From: Paragordius varius
Taxonomy: Eukaryota; Animalia; Nematomorpha
DNA length: 64,000 nt
Assembly (NCBI GenBank): GCA_964247055.1
Contig: OZ176050.1
Coordinates: 12,710,001-12,774,000, forward strand
Direction: 5' to 3'
Under the pieces are notes generated by a model that was not told the origin of the DNA, made no database searches, and saw nothing but the letters and a program-made list of their open reading frames with translations. How positions within the stretch are numbered: position 1 is the first letter of the stretch; every line of letters begins with the position of its first letter. The translations under genes and the position numbers were made by a program. Positions 25,348-38,264 of the stretch are shown here, one piece after another.

Positions 25348-25928
25348 CACTTCGATTCAAATTGGGGTATCTAAATACCCCAGACTAAATTTAAATTAAA
25401 ATTTTTAAAAAACTACTGATGGAAACGGTCCCAATTTAAATTTATGCTTCTATCCTAATAAAAATTATATAAATATGCCAAAATATCTTAATATAATTTT
25501 GTTTTGCAAAAAAAGTTCCATGTCAAACTACTTCGACGCCATTTTTATTTTATAAAATTTTTGCAAAATATCGTCTTCGTTTAATTTTAAGGGTAAAATT
25601 AAAGCTATTTTTTTATTTAAATTACATCTAACATTGATAGAAATAGAAAATGCTGTTTATTTTGTATTATTTTTTAATTTTACCATTTCATACATGTCAC
25701 GTTAACGAAATTTTTACCTTCAGGTTTTAGCTTAAAATAAGTAATATCAAGTTTTTTTGAATAAAATTTTTTAAATAATTCGTTTATTAATGTTATATAA
25801 GTGCAAAATTTCGCCATGGTTTTGATTCCTTCCATACTTTCTAAAGAATTTGATTTTAAACAGACCTGGGGTATCCAACTACCCCAATTTGAATCGAAGG
25901 AGTAAAATGAGTGTATTGTATCCAAGTG
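25348..25928 (+). mobile_element. piggyBac-like non-autonomous element (family D)
   Basis: TTAA|CACTTCGATTC ... GTATCCAAGTG|TTAA, colinear with 23057-23614. Confidence 0.85.
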
Positions 25929-28900
25929 TTAAAACATTCATAAAAACATTTTTTACCTTTATTCAAACCACATGGAGTTGTCAAGCTTAAAGGTTAGTAT
26001 TGATTTTGTCGTAAATTTTTTTATTTAATAATATCACACAGATCAATTTTTTTTAATTTATATATAAATAATTTACTTAATCATAAATTGTTGATATTTT
26101 GTTATCTATTAGACATTGATTACATTTGTCGCCTTTGATATTTAAGTCTGTACAAGTTATAGATAATTTTCATTCTTGCATAAAAAAAATATTGATATAA
26201 TTTTTACCAAATATTGTTATCAACTTTATTTAAAATTTTTAATTAAAATATAATTGGTGATCAAAAATTTTACTTTTACAAATAAACCGGTACTTTGCCA
26301 AAAATTTTTTCCTCGAAGGACTCATAAATTATTTCATTGTTTGTTTCCGTCTTTCACATGGTATATATTTTATAATATTTTTAAGATTTTAAACTTGCAT
26401 TCATGGAATTTTCGTGATGAAAATTCTATATAAAATTAAATTTGTAAATACTATTTTATCATATTCTGTCCATTTTATGGTACAAAAGGTAAGTTTTTAT
26501 ATATTTTATCCAAAGATACAAACAAACTTTTTAAGATTTTACAGATAAGTAAATCAGGTAAGTATATATTTGAAATATCAAAATTTTGATATTGATATTT
26601 ATATTTTTATATTTTAAGAATGATATATTCATTTTCTATTACATTTTCCCAACGCTTTTAAAAATTTGGCTTCATTATCATTATTCGAATTTTCTTTGTT
26701 ATATGTAAAAACTTTTATATATTTGTGTGCATGTGTGTGCTGATAAATTTTCAGGTATATACATAGAATTTTTTGAAAGGGATTTTTTTCGTAAATATTT
26801 TTATTTTGAATCAATTGATTTTATTTTGATTTTTTATTTTCAATGGTACATTGTTGTATAATTTACAACATACATAAAAATCCATATACTGTGAAAAGGC
26901 TTGCATTAAAATTTCCGTTTACAATTCTAAAACAATATGAAGCAGGAAACGCGCCATTATATTTATAAAATGTATGCATAGTTTTAGATATTCAGGAATT
27001 TTTTCCTCTGTATACATAGAGTCTACTACCAATCAAAAATTATGACTTTTTTTGCTCTCAAACTAAATCAATACTACTTGTTTTTTTTGACATACAATAA
27101 TTGTACAGTGCGTATGGCATAAAATATCATTAGGCCATAAAAGAATAAAGTTTTTAGATATTATGGATATGTGTATATAATACAAGGCTTGTTTTTTTTA
27201 AACTTTTTTATTTATTCTTTTATGGACTAATATTGTTTTATGCCATACATTACTGTATACTTAATTTTCACATTTGGCTGTTAGACACAGAGGAGAGGAA
27301 AGAATGCAGCGCATTGCCTAAGATTTTTTTTTACAAAGATTTTCAACACGGATGTGTTAGCTCTATTTTATGAACTACACAGTAGTGTATGGCATAAAAC
27401 AATATTAGTGTTCAAAAAAAATTGAAAAAACAAGGCGATAGATATTATGGATATGTGTATATATATACAACTAGGTTTGTTTTTTACAAAAACCATTTTT
27501 TATTCTTTTATAGACTAATATTGTTTTATGCCATACGCTACTGTAATGCACATATAACGAGTTATGTCAAAGTTGAGATGTTTCGGAATCTGTATATATA
27601 TAGAGAGAGATGATTAATTTTTTTGAAATTTATAAGAAAATATACATTTTTCAAAGTATGTTAAAAACTATTTTCCTTCAAAGCTTTTTTAGAATTATTA
27701 ACTAAGAATTAATATTGTTGCAACAATTTTAAATTGATATTGAGAAAATTAGTAAGGTTAAAAAATAGTTAATATATGTTCTCTTTGAAAAAATTATTTT
27801 TTCCATCAAAATAAAAATTGCATAACTAGTTTTTGCCATAGAGCGCTTTGATATGTTATCTTTCTGAGTTTATTTTAGTTATAGAATAACATCTTGTGAT
27901 TTTTCAAGCGGATTAATTACCGCAATTTATTTCTATCTTAATGATATCCTAATATATTTATATTTTGACTTGATTTCAGACCTGTCATGTAAAAGCCAGC
28001 TATTCATTTACAGTAGCGTATGACATAAAACAATGTTAGTCCATAAAAGAATAATGTTAGTCCATAAAAGAATAAAAAAATGTTTGTTTTAATAAAACTA
28101 TGACATACGCTACCGTATTAATTTTTTACTCTTATTTTACCGGAAATTTAATGGTTAAAATTTAAATTTTATTACCTTGAACGCTTGTTAATATCTTAAG
28201 TACAAAATACTTTTCATGATTGTTGTTTCTTTTGTAAAAATTTTAGTTGACATTTGTCAAAACACCTGCTTTAAGAAAGAGAGAGCCTTGGGTGAATTTT
28301 TATTTTTTTATACAAAATTTCAAGCCATATTGAATGTTTTGTAATACCTTTCTATAAAATGACAACAGTTTTTTTATATACATTATACAGAAAACAGTAA
28401 TTTTATCGGTTATATGGGTAGGTGAGGGCTTTAGAATGGTTATAATAGATAAAATTAATAAAAATAACTTCCTTAAATATATTTACATTTTTTCTTCTCA
28501 AACCATTATATAGGGTTAATCACAAACAACGGGAAAGCTAATTTTTATGTAAATTTATTATTATATTTGTCATTTTGGAATAGTTAAAACAATTTGATTA
28601 TTATGCAGTAGCGTATGGCATAAATCAATATTAGTCCACAAAAGAATTGACAAATTTTTTTCAAACAAGGGATGGTACATGGATATATATACATATATAA
28701 AAAAATATTCTTTTATGGCCTATCATTATTTTATGCCATACGCTATTGTATATGGGAATCTATCCATATTCCATAAATTTTATGATATATTTTTAACTTT
28801 CATCAAATGTAAATATCAGAATATTGTTTCATATGTGTAGTATGTTAGTGTGCTCTTAGCCTTATGTCGGCTTGTATTATTTATCGTAAGGGGCACTTTT

Positions 28901-31158
28901 AACAGAAAATCAATATGCATATAGGATTAATTATATGACGTAAATACTCAATTCTAAATGTAAATTTTTAAAATCAATAGTATATATATTTATTTATATT
29001 ATGATAATTTCTTTCCGTTATAATAAGCCTATATCAAATCTGTTTTACACGTATAAGTTAACCTGTTGAAAACAATTTTTCTGAGCAAATCAATTTCAAA
29101 ATTATTTTGGTTTTGCGCCTATTAAATTTTATCTCCATAAGTTATAATCATGACAATAATATTTATTTTTGCCTTTTTAGATATTTTTTTTGCATTTTGA
29201 AATCTGCGGTCACTCTGTATATGACAAAATTGATGTTTAACTTCCACATATATATATTATCACCTCTTTTCTTTTTTTTATTTTATAAAGAATTGTGTGC
29301 AAATATGTATAATTTTTATTTGCATGTATTATCTTATCATCAATACAATTATAATATTTATTTTATATTTTATCAATTGTGAATTATGGTGTGATGGCCG
29401 TATACAGTAGTGTATGGTATAAAATAACTTGGTCCAAAATTATGTTAACAGAATTGGTGTTAAAGTATAATAAAAGTTTTTTTTTCAAAATCAACCACTT
29501 TTTGTTTTTTACCATACACTACTGTATTTTCTCGTTAAACAATTGATAAAGTTTGCTTATTTATCATATTATTTATTGCGTGAGCAAAAAGACAAACTTT
29601 TACATTTAAGAATTCTTTTTTTCCAGTCAATTTGACACTGTGTTGTGTCTTGATTCAGGCACCAGATAAAATATGTATATAATTTGACACAAATTATAAA
29701 TGTTCTTTATCAAAACTAAGATAATTATTATGAATAAAAATTGATAAGAATGCAAAATTCTATAATTTTTTTGTCTATATATGCCAATGCTATCAATCAC
29801 GATTTTTAAGGTTTTTGAGAAATGTGATAGAAATCAAAAGTATTAACACATGGCTTCATAACTTTTAAAGATGTTTCCATCTTAATATATACCCTTGAAC
29901 GATTCAAATTTACCCTCGAACAATTTAATTCCTCTAAAAAAATTCTGTTTTTTGATATTAAAAAAGACCTATAATTTTTAATATTTCCAAAAATGAAATT
30001 TCGTTTAAGATTACCATATAACTGAAAAAATAATGGACTATGCCATAAAGAAATATTTTATATCAATGATTAGTATTGTTAGCCCGAAAACACTTATTTA
30101 GTTTTTAGGGTGATTTACAATTATTCAAGCGAGAATTGGAATTATTTAAGGGGGTGAACTCGAAGTGTAAATTGTATGGTATCTTAAATAATTTTGATAT
30201 AAGCATGCGTTAAAATATACCCGGTCTATGGCGGCTCTATAATATTCCAGTAAATGGCTATTTAATGGTTAGGCGAGACAAAACTATGCTAAAAACCAAC
30301 CTATATAAGAACTTGGTAAATGAAATTATATAACGGATTTTTTTACCAATCACTATTATAGAAACAGATATGATTGTTGTAAGGTATTAATTTATTGAAA
30401 AGTTAAACGATATAAATAATTTTTAATCTTTGACCCATGTTCGGGTAAGTTTTACTTACGTCCTTATGCTTAAATCCTTATGCTTACATATTTGAATATA
30501 ATATATTCATCATAAATCTGCTCCTAGTAGACTTATTAAAATTTCAAATTGGCATAACTTTAATAATATTGCGAATTTTTGAATTCTGTAAATTGGAGGA
30601 TATAAACCAGAGTATATTTAACAAATAATATATAGGTTTTAGTAATGTTGCTTCAATCTTACCACACTAAAAGGGGTTTACATAGCCCCTGTTAAAAATG
30701 GATAAATCTTAAAATATGCATGCAAAATCCAAAGTTTTCTAGAAGAAATATGTACACTTTTTTGGAATTATATTTTTTAGATTATTCTAGTCATGGAAAT
30801 CGTAATATTTGTATACTTTGTGAAATAAAATCTACCCAGTTTTTCAGAAAATGATATATATATAACAAATTATTTATAGGTTTTATAAATTGTAATAATT
30901 GCATACACACCTTAGTGAAATAAGCTTCTTTAAAAAATATATTTGGAACATACATTTAATAAAATCCAAAATTTTTTAGAAGGTATGCAATTGATTTAAT
31001 TAATATTTTAGATTTATTTGCTGTCAGGGCAATGCGATGGTCTGTATAATATTTTGATTAAACGTAATATTTATGGTTCATTCCTTAAATGTCCGATAAT
31101 TTTCACCCTTCATTTTAAAAACGCCATTTTTTTATTACATCCTGATTTACATCCAAAC

Positions 31159-31477
31159 ATGCAAAACGAGAGAGCCAGAAATTTGTTAATAAACGTTTTA
31201 TCAAAGTTTGAAGAATTTATATTTCATAGATTCCCTCCCTATATTGTATTCCAAAAAAACAAACCCAATCCGAGTTAAAGAAAATTTGGATAAGCTTTAT
31301 TTAGAAGTGAAAAAAGAATTGGATTATGACATATCACTAAACCAAATTATTAAAATGTATAATAATATCAAGTACACTTTAAAGAAGAAAAACCAAAACT
31401 CTCATAAAACAGGAAATCTTAATAGTCCGAAGCTCTTAGTTTATGAAAAAAATTATGCTACTAGAATACTCTTGTAG
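31159..31477 (+). pseudogene. Harbinger Myb/SANT-like DNA-binding protein remnant, left arm (inverted copy at ~33304-33624, - strand)
   Basis: MQNERARNLLINVL... is frameshifted into ...LDKLYLEVKKELDYDISLNQIIKMYNNIKYTLKKKNQNSHKTGN. This resembles the QI-x-K-x-x-NN-x-K...KKK...KTGN end of Harbinger-associated Myb-like proteins and is convergent with the transposase, as expected for this superfamily. Confidence 0.7.
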
Positions 31478-31599
31478 CGAAATAAAATGGAGTACCGAAA
31501 CAATGTAACAATTTCGATATAATTGGTATTTTTAATGAATAATGTATAGATTTAAGTGAAACAATACTAAGTTTGGATGAGCATTAAAAAATAAGCAAT

Positions 31600-32190
31600 A
31601 AAACATCCGATAAGGATGTTGTTAAAATTTATCTCCCTAAGATTGGTAGGATTACGAAATGGTCGGATTATAGATATCGACAAACCATAACCACTATCAT
31701 CTAAAAGAGAACTATATTCATTTAACATCAACATATTTCTATAAAGGGCACTATTTTCAAATATTCTGGCATCGTGTACCCGTCCCGAATATTATAACTC
31801 TAAAAAGAGGTAAAATATTCATTACTATCCACAGTTGCTTGAATGTTATAACTAAAATAATTTTTTCGATTTAAAAAATTTCACGGGTCCTTTGTATTTT
31901 TCTGCCCATAAATTTACAGCTGAAACCATTTCCAACTGATTCATCCGAAATCCGATCCATTATTGGCCAAGTCTGCTACAATAGTGGCTTACATAGGATA
32001 TTATTCGTGTCGCATAGCTTCGGGATATTCCAAAATCATTGCTGACTCCATGTTAAAATTCCGGATCTGCCAAATATCTTAAAAATATTTCAACATACCG
32101 TTTGTACGTCAAAAAACCTTACTTATCGTTGTGTGGGTCTAAGATGTAGTGGAAATATCTCGTTTGCTATAAAATCACTGATTTCAGGAG
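31600..32190 (-). pseudogene. PIF/Harbinger transposase remnant, left arm
   Basis: Inverted copy of 32590-33200, with an additional deletion near the first catalytic motif. Confidence 0.8.
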
Positions 32191-32589
32191 TGAACCTTAA
32201 TAAAGATTTATAATCATTCGGGCTTATTGAGTATCAAGTACACTTTAAAGAAGAAATTAAGAAAATTCAATGAAACACATACAAATTCACCTAAGTTTTT
32301 TGCATATGAAAATAAATTAATCTCGCTGCTAAGAATTCCAAGAACCAAAGAAGCTGTTAATAATTCCCTCTAATTTTGTAACAATCAGGTCTCCTACAAA
32401 TAATGAGCATATTTACTTTTAATTTTAAGTGATACCACAATTAATCTCATAATCGAATCAATCGCTCGCAATTCTACAAATAATTTTCAGTAATCTTTAT
32501 TTCATTAATGCGTAGACTATTAACAAAAAGGATAATAGCCAGGCGCTCAATAAGCTCGAATGTTTATAAATCTTTATTAAGGTTTACTC

Positions 32590-33200
32590 CTGAAACCGTT
32601 GAATAACAAACGAGATATTTCCACTACATCTTAGACCCACACAACGATAAGTAAGGTTTTTTGACGTACAAACGGTATGTTGAAATATTTTTAAGATATT
32701 TGGCAGATTCGGGATTACAACATGGAGTCAGCCATGATTTTGGGATATCCCGAAGCTATGCTACACGAATAATATCCTATGTAAGCCACTATTGTAGCAG
32801 ACTTCGCCAAAAATGGATCAAATTTCCGATGAATCAGTTGGAAATGGTTTCAGCTGTAAATATATGGGTAGAAAAATACAAAATGCCTTGTGTAGGAATA
32901 AATAACCCAACGAAGGACTTGTGAAATTTTTTAAATCGAAAAAATTATTTTAGTTATAACATTCAAGCTACTGTCGATAGTAATGAATATTTTACTCCTT
33001 TGTAGGTATAATATTGGGGACGGGTACACGATGCCAGAATATTTGAAAATAGTGCCCTTTATAGAAATATGTTGATGTTAAATGGATATGGTTCTCTTTT
33101 AGGTCATAGTAATTATGGTTTGTCGCTAACTATAATCCGACCATTTCGTAATCCTACGAATCTTAGGGAGAAAAATTTTAACAACATCCTTATCGGATGT
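32590..33200 (+). pseudogene. PIF/Harbinger (HARBI1-like, DDE_Tnp_4) transposase remnant, right arm
   Basis: Fragments EIFLRYLADSGLQHGVSHDFGISRS, WIKFP, FLNRKNYFSYNIQATVD, WGRVHDARIF, LLGHSNY and PFRNPTNLREKNFN match the Harbinger transposase motif order. There are stops and frameshifts, and the IDCTH segment with the first catalytic Asp is absent. Confidence 0.85.
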
Positions 33201-34521
33201 TTTATTCTTATTGTTTTATGCACATCCAAACTTAGTATTTTTTCACTTGAATCTATACATTATTTAATAAAAAATACCAATTATATTGAAATTGTTACAT
33301 TCTACTAGAAGAGTATTCTAGTTATAATATTTTTCATAAACTAAGAGCTTCGGACTATTAAGATTTCCTGTTTTATGAGAGTTTTGAATTTTCTTCTTTA
33401 AAGTGTACCTGATATTAGTATACATTTTGATAATTTGGTTTAGTGATATATCATAATCCAATTCTTTTTTCACTTCTAACTAAAGCTTATCCCAATTTTC
33501 TTTAACTCGGATTGGATTTGTTTTCTTTTTGGAATACAATATAGGGAGGGTATCTATGAAATATAAATTCTTTAAGCTTTTCTAAAACGTTTATTAACAA
33601 ATTTCTGGCTCTCTCGTTTTGCATGTTTAGATGTAAATCAGGATGTAATAAAAAATGGCGTTTTCAAAATGAAGGGTGAAAATTGGCGGACAATTAAGGA
33701 ATGAACCATAAATATTACGCTTAATCAAAATATTATACAGACCATCGCATTGCCCTGACAGCAAATAAATTTAAAATATTAGTTAAATCAATTGCATACC
33801 TTCTAAAAAATTTTGGATTTTATTACATGTGTTTTCCAAATATATTTTTTAAATAGGCTTAGTTCACTAAGATGTGTATGAGATTATTCCAATTTCTAAA
33901 ACCTATAAATAATTTGTTATATAAACATCATTTTCTATCCTCCAATTTAAGGAATGCAAAAAGTGGGTATTTTTTATTTCACAAAGTATGCAAATATTAC
34001 GATTTCCATGACTCAAATAAATCTAAAAAATATAATTCCAAAAGAGTGTTCATATTTCTTCTAGAAAACTTTGGATCATGCATATTTTAAGATTTATTTA
34101 TTTTTAACAAGGGCTATGTAAACCCCTTTAGTGTCGTAAGATTGAAGCAACATTACTCAAACCTATTTATTATTTGTTAAATATACTTTCGTTTATATCC
34201 TCCAATTTACAGAATTCAAAAATTCGCAATATTTTTAAAGTTATGCCACTTTGAAATTTTGATAAGTCTACAGGGGCAGACTTATGATGAATATGTGATA
34301 TTTATTTAAAAATGTAAGCATAAGGATTTAAGCATAAGGAAGTAATACTTACCCGAACGTGGGTCGTTAAATTTTAGCTAAGAACTCCAATCATATGTTA
34401 TTTAAAAGTTAATATTCTCCTGGAGAAATACGCAATTGTACATATAACATTAAAATTTGATATCTAATGATGGAAAAAATCTTGTGTTCCCTTCATTTAG
34501 TTTCAATTAAGGTTTTTTTAA

Positions 34522-35083
34522 CACTTCGATTCAAAATGGGGTATCTAAATGCCCCAGACTAACTTTGAGTGAGGATTTTTAAAAACTACTGAATACGGTT
34601 TCAATTTAAATTTATGGTACTATCCTAATACAAATTATACAAATATGCCAAAATATCTAAATAAAATTTTGTTTTGAAAAGAAAGTCAAACTATTTCGAC
34701 GCCATTTTTATTTTACAAAATTTTTGCAAATATCGTCATTTAATTTTAAGGGTTAAATAAAAGCTAATTTTTTATTTAAATTACATCTAACATTGATTGA
34801 AATAGAAAAAGCGGTTTATTTTGCATAATTTTTCAATTTTACCATTGCACACATATCACGTTGACTAAATTTTTACCTTTCGGTTTTAGCTTAAAATAAG
34901 TAATATCAAGTATTTTTGAATAAATTTTTTTATATATTTCGGTTTATTAATGTTATATTAGTGCCAAAATTTTCCATGGTTTTGATTCCTTCCATATTTT
35001 TTAGAGAATTTAATTTTAAACAGGCCAGGGGTATATAACTACCCCAATTTGAATCGAATGACTAAAATGAATGTAATCAAATG
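34522..35083 (+). mobile_element. piggyBac-like non-autonomous element (family D), 3' end degraded
   Basis: TTAA|CACTTCGATTCAAAATGGGG start and a colinear body; the right terminus is eroded. Confidence 0.75.
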
Positions 35084-35534
35084 TTAATAAAAGTAAAGCT
35101 ATAATACTATTTGTTAACCTTAATAATGTATTAATTTAATTTAGCAATAAAATTAGTATTTGAACTGAAACCGTTTTAGAAAATATGAATATATAAAAAA
35201 AACTCATGTAATAAAATATTTAAATCAGGTATATCCTTTACGGTATCAAATTTTATTAGCAATATTAAATAAAAAATTTTTGGTATATAGGTAAAAAAAT
35301 GTTTGATTACCACAATATTTAATATAAAAATATTAAAGGGGAAGGGGGGACTTTATGAAAGTCTATGTACAATGTAGATTTTTTTTCACATGCTAAAATT
35401 AAGTTTATAAATGGATTGATTATACTAATGTAAAAATCTGATATGATAACATCTCTCTTTCTGTTTCTCTATGATGTCCCTTACAAAAAATAAAAGATTT
35501 TATCTTTTGGAAAATTTTACCAACTTTCTTTTTA

Positions 35535-35702
35535 CAGTGGCGTATGGCATAAAACAATATTAGTCCATAAAAGAATAAAAAAATGTTCATTTTAAAAAAA
35601 CAAACCTAGTTGTACATATATCCATAATGTCCCCTTGTTAATTTTTAAAAATACATTTTTTTTATTCTTTTATGGACTAATATTGTATGCCATACGCTAC
35701 TG
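35535..35702. mobile_element. Tc1/mariner-like MITE family B; other copies at 27106-27255, 27380-27543, 28011-28115, 28606-28748, 29405-29524, 49283-49435
   Basis: TA|CAGT(A/G)GCGTATGGCATAAAACAATATTAGTCCATAAAAGAATAAAA ... reverse complement ...CCATACGCTACTG|TA. Confidence 0.8.
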
Positions 35703-36780
35703 TATACATAATCAAAAACTACTTGTGATTTTCGTAAATTGTTTTTTGTTTAAATTTGCTGTCCTTGGACAATATAAGATAAAAATAAATTAATTTTAAC
35801 CCCTAAATATTACACCGTGCATATGTTTTGATTGCAAAAATGTTCTAAATATATATATTTAAAATTGGTTTAATGTTTTCAAAAATTACCCCAATCAAAT
35901 TAAGCTTTTACATATTGATATTATTGACCCCATGATTGATTGCCATTTGCAGATTAAGCAAGATTTTATAATATATTACCAATATTTTGTATTTTTGCAT
36001 TAAAAAATAATTTTCCAAAAAAACTTTATCGATCGTTTTTTAGTTTTGTGTTCAACACAGGCGCTTAAAAAGTAATGTTGAATTTTTCTTATCATTATTA
36101 TGTCCATTCTATTTGTGCATTACAGCCTTTTTAAGGTTAATGGGAAGTAAGTAATTAGAGACAAAATTTTGCAAGTTAATGGCTAACCAAAGGCGATAAT
36201 TAAAAATTATTAATCTACTCTGGTATATAAATTAAATTAATCAACCTTTTATTTGCTTTGAGTTTGTTATAGGATATTATGCACAAACTTAATTAATCAC
36301 AGTTTTAACACCACCGTTAATTCTGGCAATAAGCAATAATTGTTGAAAGCATTTTATCGCACAAATATTTACACATCAGTGGTGTCTCCAACATAAATGG
36401 CTTCGCGGGCCGCATTCGGAAAATATATGTGTGCATTAAGAAATATTTTATTAGATTTTAGACATAAGACTATCAAAAAAACTACTTATTTCAACATTTT
36501 CTTGGTAGTTCATTGCTGCCGAAATTTGGAAAAGTTAATTTATAAAGTATGTTTAAGAAAATATTTTTTTGTCTTGGAATTCAAAAAATTTTGCATATGA
36601 AATATTTCGCGGGTCCCAGAAATATTTTGGAGGGCCCCACATGTTGAAAACTCCTGATCTAAACTTACTACAACAATTTTTAAAAAAATGGATTACCACC
36701 AAAACTTTTACCATATACACGTTTTTTTCAGACAAAATTTAGGCTTTATCTTTTTTAATTGCTTTATTTCTGGATATCTA

Positions 36781-36970
36781 AAGTATGAGTAAGTATATAT
36801 TGCTAGAAAGTTATTAATTATTGCCAAATAGCATATGCATCAAAGAGGATTATTATTGGCTAATAATAGTAAACAGTGAAAAAATAACTATAAGCCAATA
36901 ATACTTCCCTTTGTTGCATATGCTATTTGGCAAAGATTAACTTTCTAGCAATGTTTACTTACTCATACTG
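36781..36970. mobile_element. Palindromic MITE; degenerate relative at ~358-520
   Basis: GTATGAGTAAGTATATATTGCTAGAAAGTT..TTGCCAAATAGCATATGCA pairs with TGCATATGCTATTTGGCAA..AACTTTCTAGCAATGTTTACTTACTCATACTG. Confidence 0.65.
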
Positions 36971-37724
36971 TATTTCTTTCCAAATCTCGTTTTAAAATGA
37001 TGGTAGTTAATATAAGTGTTTGCGCTGTAAGTCTTTTACGATCAGGGTTGGTTAGGTTTGACTGGTCCTGAATGCATTTATGACAGTGACTCTGACCATA
37101 TAATAATCAGATATGGTAATATTTAGATTAAACAATTAATACTGATGTAAAAAGAAAGTTTGTTGCAGATGTTTTAACAAGAAAAAGTTTCTTTAGTATA
37201 TTTATTAATGTTACTTTCACTTTAAATTCAGTCCTTAAATGTTTAAATGTGCCCTTGAACCCTTTATATTAATCTTGTGCTTCGCAGTAAGCCTATAGCA
37301 TTTAAATATCTTTACAATTCAAATTTACCCTCGAACAATTCAAAACCCTAAATATAAATTATGTGAATTTGGGCTAATATAACTCATCATTCATATATAA
37401 TATATCTATGACATAGTTTAATATTTTTTCAGTATTATATTAATTTTAAACGAAATTTTATTGTTTTAAAATTTAAAAAATTTAGGTAATATGTTTTTGA
37501 TTTATTTTAGGGTGATTATGTTTGAGTTTTATTTTGAATTGTCCAAGTACTCGAACTGTAAATGGTATAGTTGATTTTTCTTTTTTACATAACAAAGAAC
37601 TATTGGATTGGTTATATGAATCGTTTAAATTGCTTATGCACCTTTTATAGTGATGGTAAACAAATTCTTTTTCCTAGTAACAATTTAAACCCAATAATAT
37701 GGTCTACAATATTCTCTTCGTTAA

Positions 37725-38264
37725 CACTTCGATTCAAATTGAGGTATCTAAATACCCCTGACTAAATTTTAACTAAGTACTGAAAGAAACGGTTTTAATT
37801 TAAATTTATGCTTCTATCCTAATAAAGTATATAAGTTAGCTAAAATATGTTAAAATTTCGTATCAAAAAAAGTTCCATGTCAAACTACTTCGACGCCATT
37901 TTTATTTTGCAAATTTTTTGCCAAATATCGTGTTCATTTATTTTTTGGTAAAATTAAGGCTAATTTTTATTAAATCAATATTTAACATTGATATAAATAG
38001 AAAAAGTGGTTGATTTTGTATTTTTCAATTTAGCCAATGCACACATGTTACGTTGACTAAATTTTTATCTTTGGGATTCATCTTAAAAAAAGTAATATCA
38101 AGTATTTTTAAAAAAAGTTTTTTATATATTCCGGTTTATTAATGTTATTAAGTGCAAACTTTGCCATGGTTAATTTTTAAATTATATGATTTTAAACAGG
38201 CCTGTGGTATTTAATTACCCCAATTTTAATCGAAGGACTCAAATGAATGTGTTGTATCCAAGTA
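37725..38264 (+). mobile_element. piggyBac-like non-autonomous element (family D)
   Basis: TTAA|CACTTCGATTC ... GTATCCAAGTA|TTAA. Confidence 0.8.

Larger units (their letters stand above)
30432..34365. mobile_element. ~3.9-kb palindromic (fold-back) PIF/Harbinger-derived element
   Basis: The left arm (~30432-32231) is the reverse complement of the right arm (~32546-34365), with scattered substitutions and indels. Example: GACCCATGTTCGGGTAAGT vs ACTTACCCGAACGTGGGTC. The spacer is ~315 bp. Each arm carries decayed transposase and Myb/SANT-like ORFs. Confidence 0.88.

Noticed and set aside
21090-25925. Track ORFs at 21090, 21246, 23487, 23944 and 25680
   Set aside because: They have F/I/K/Y/L-rich composition typical of AT-rich non-coding DNA and overlap MITEs or degenerate repeats.
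30432-34365. Palindrome as an amplification or assembly chimera
   Set aside because: The arms carry many independent substitutions and indels, whereas a technical fold-back would be near-identical.
36995-37100. Possible C/D-box snoRNA
   Set aside because: The C box is imperfect, there is no terminal stem, and I recognised no rRNA-complementary guide. An exon-like reading fits at least as well.
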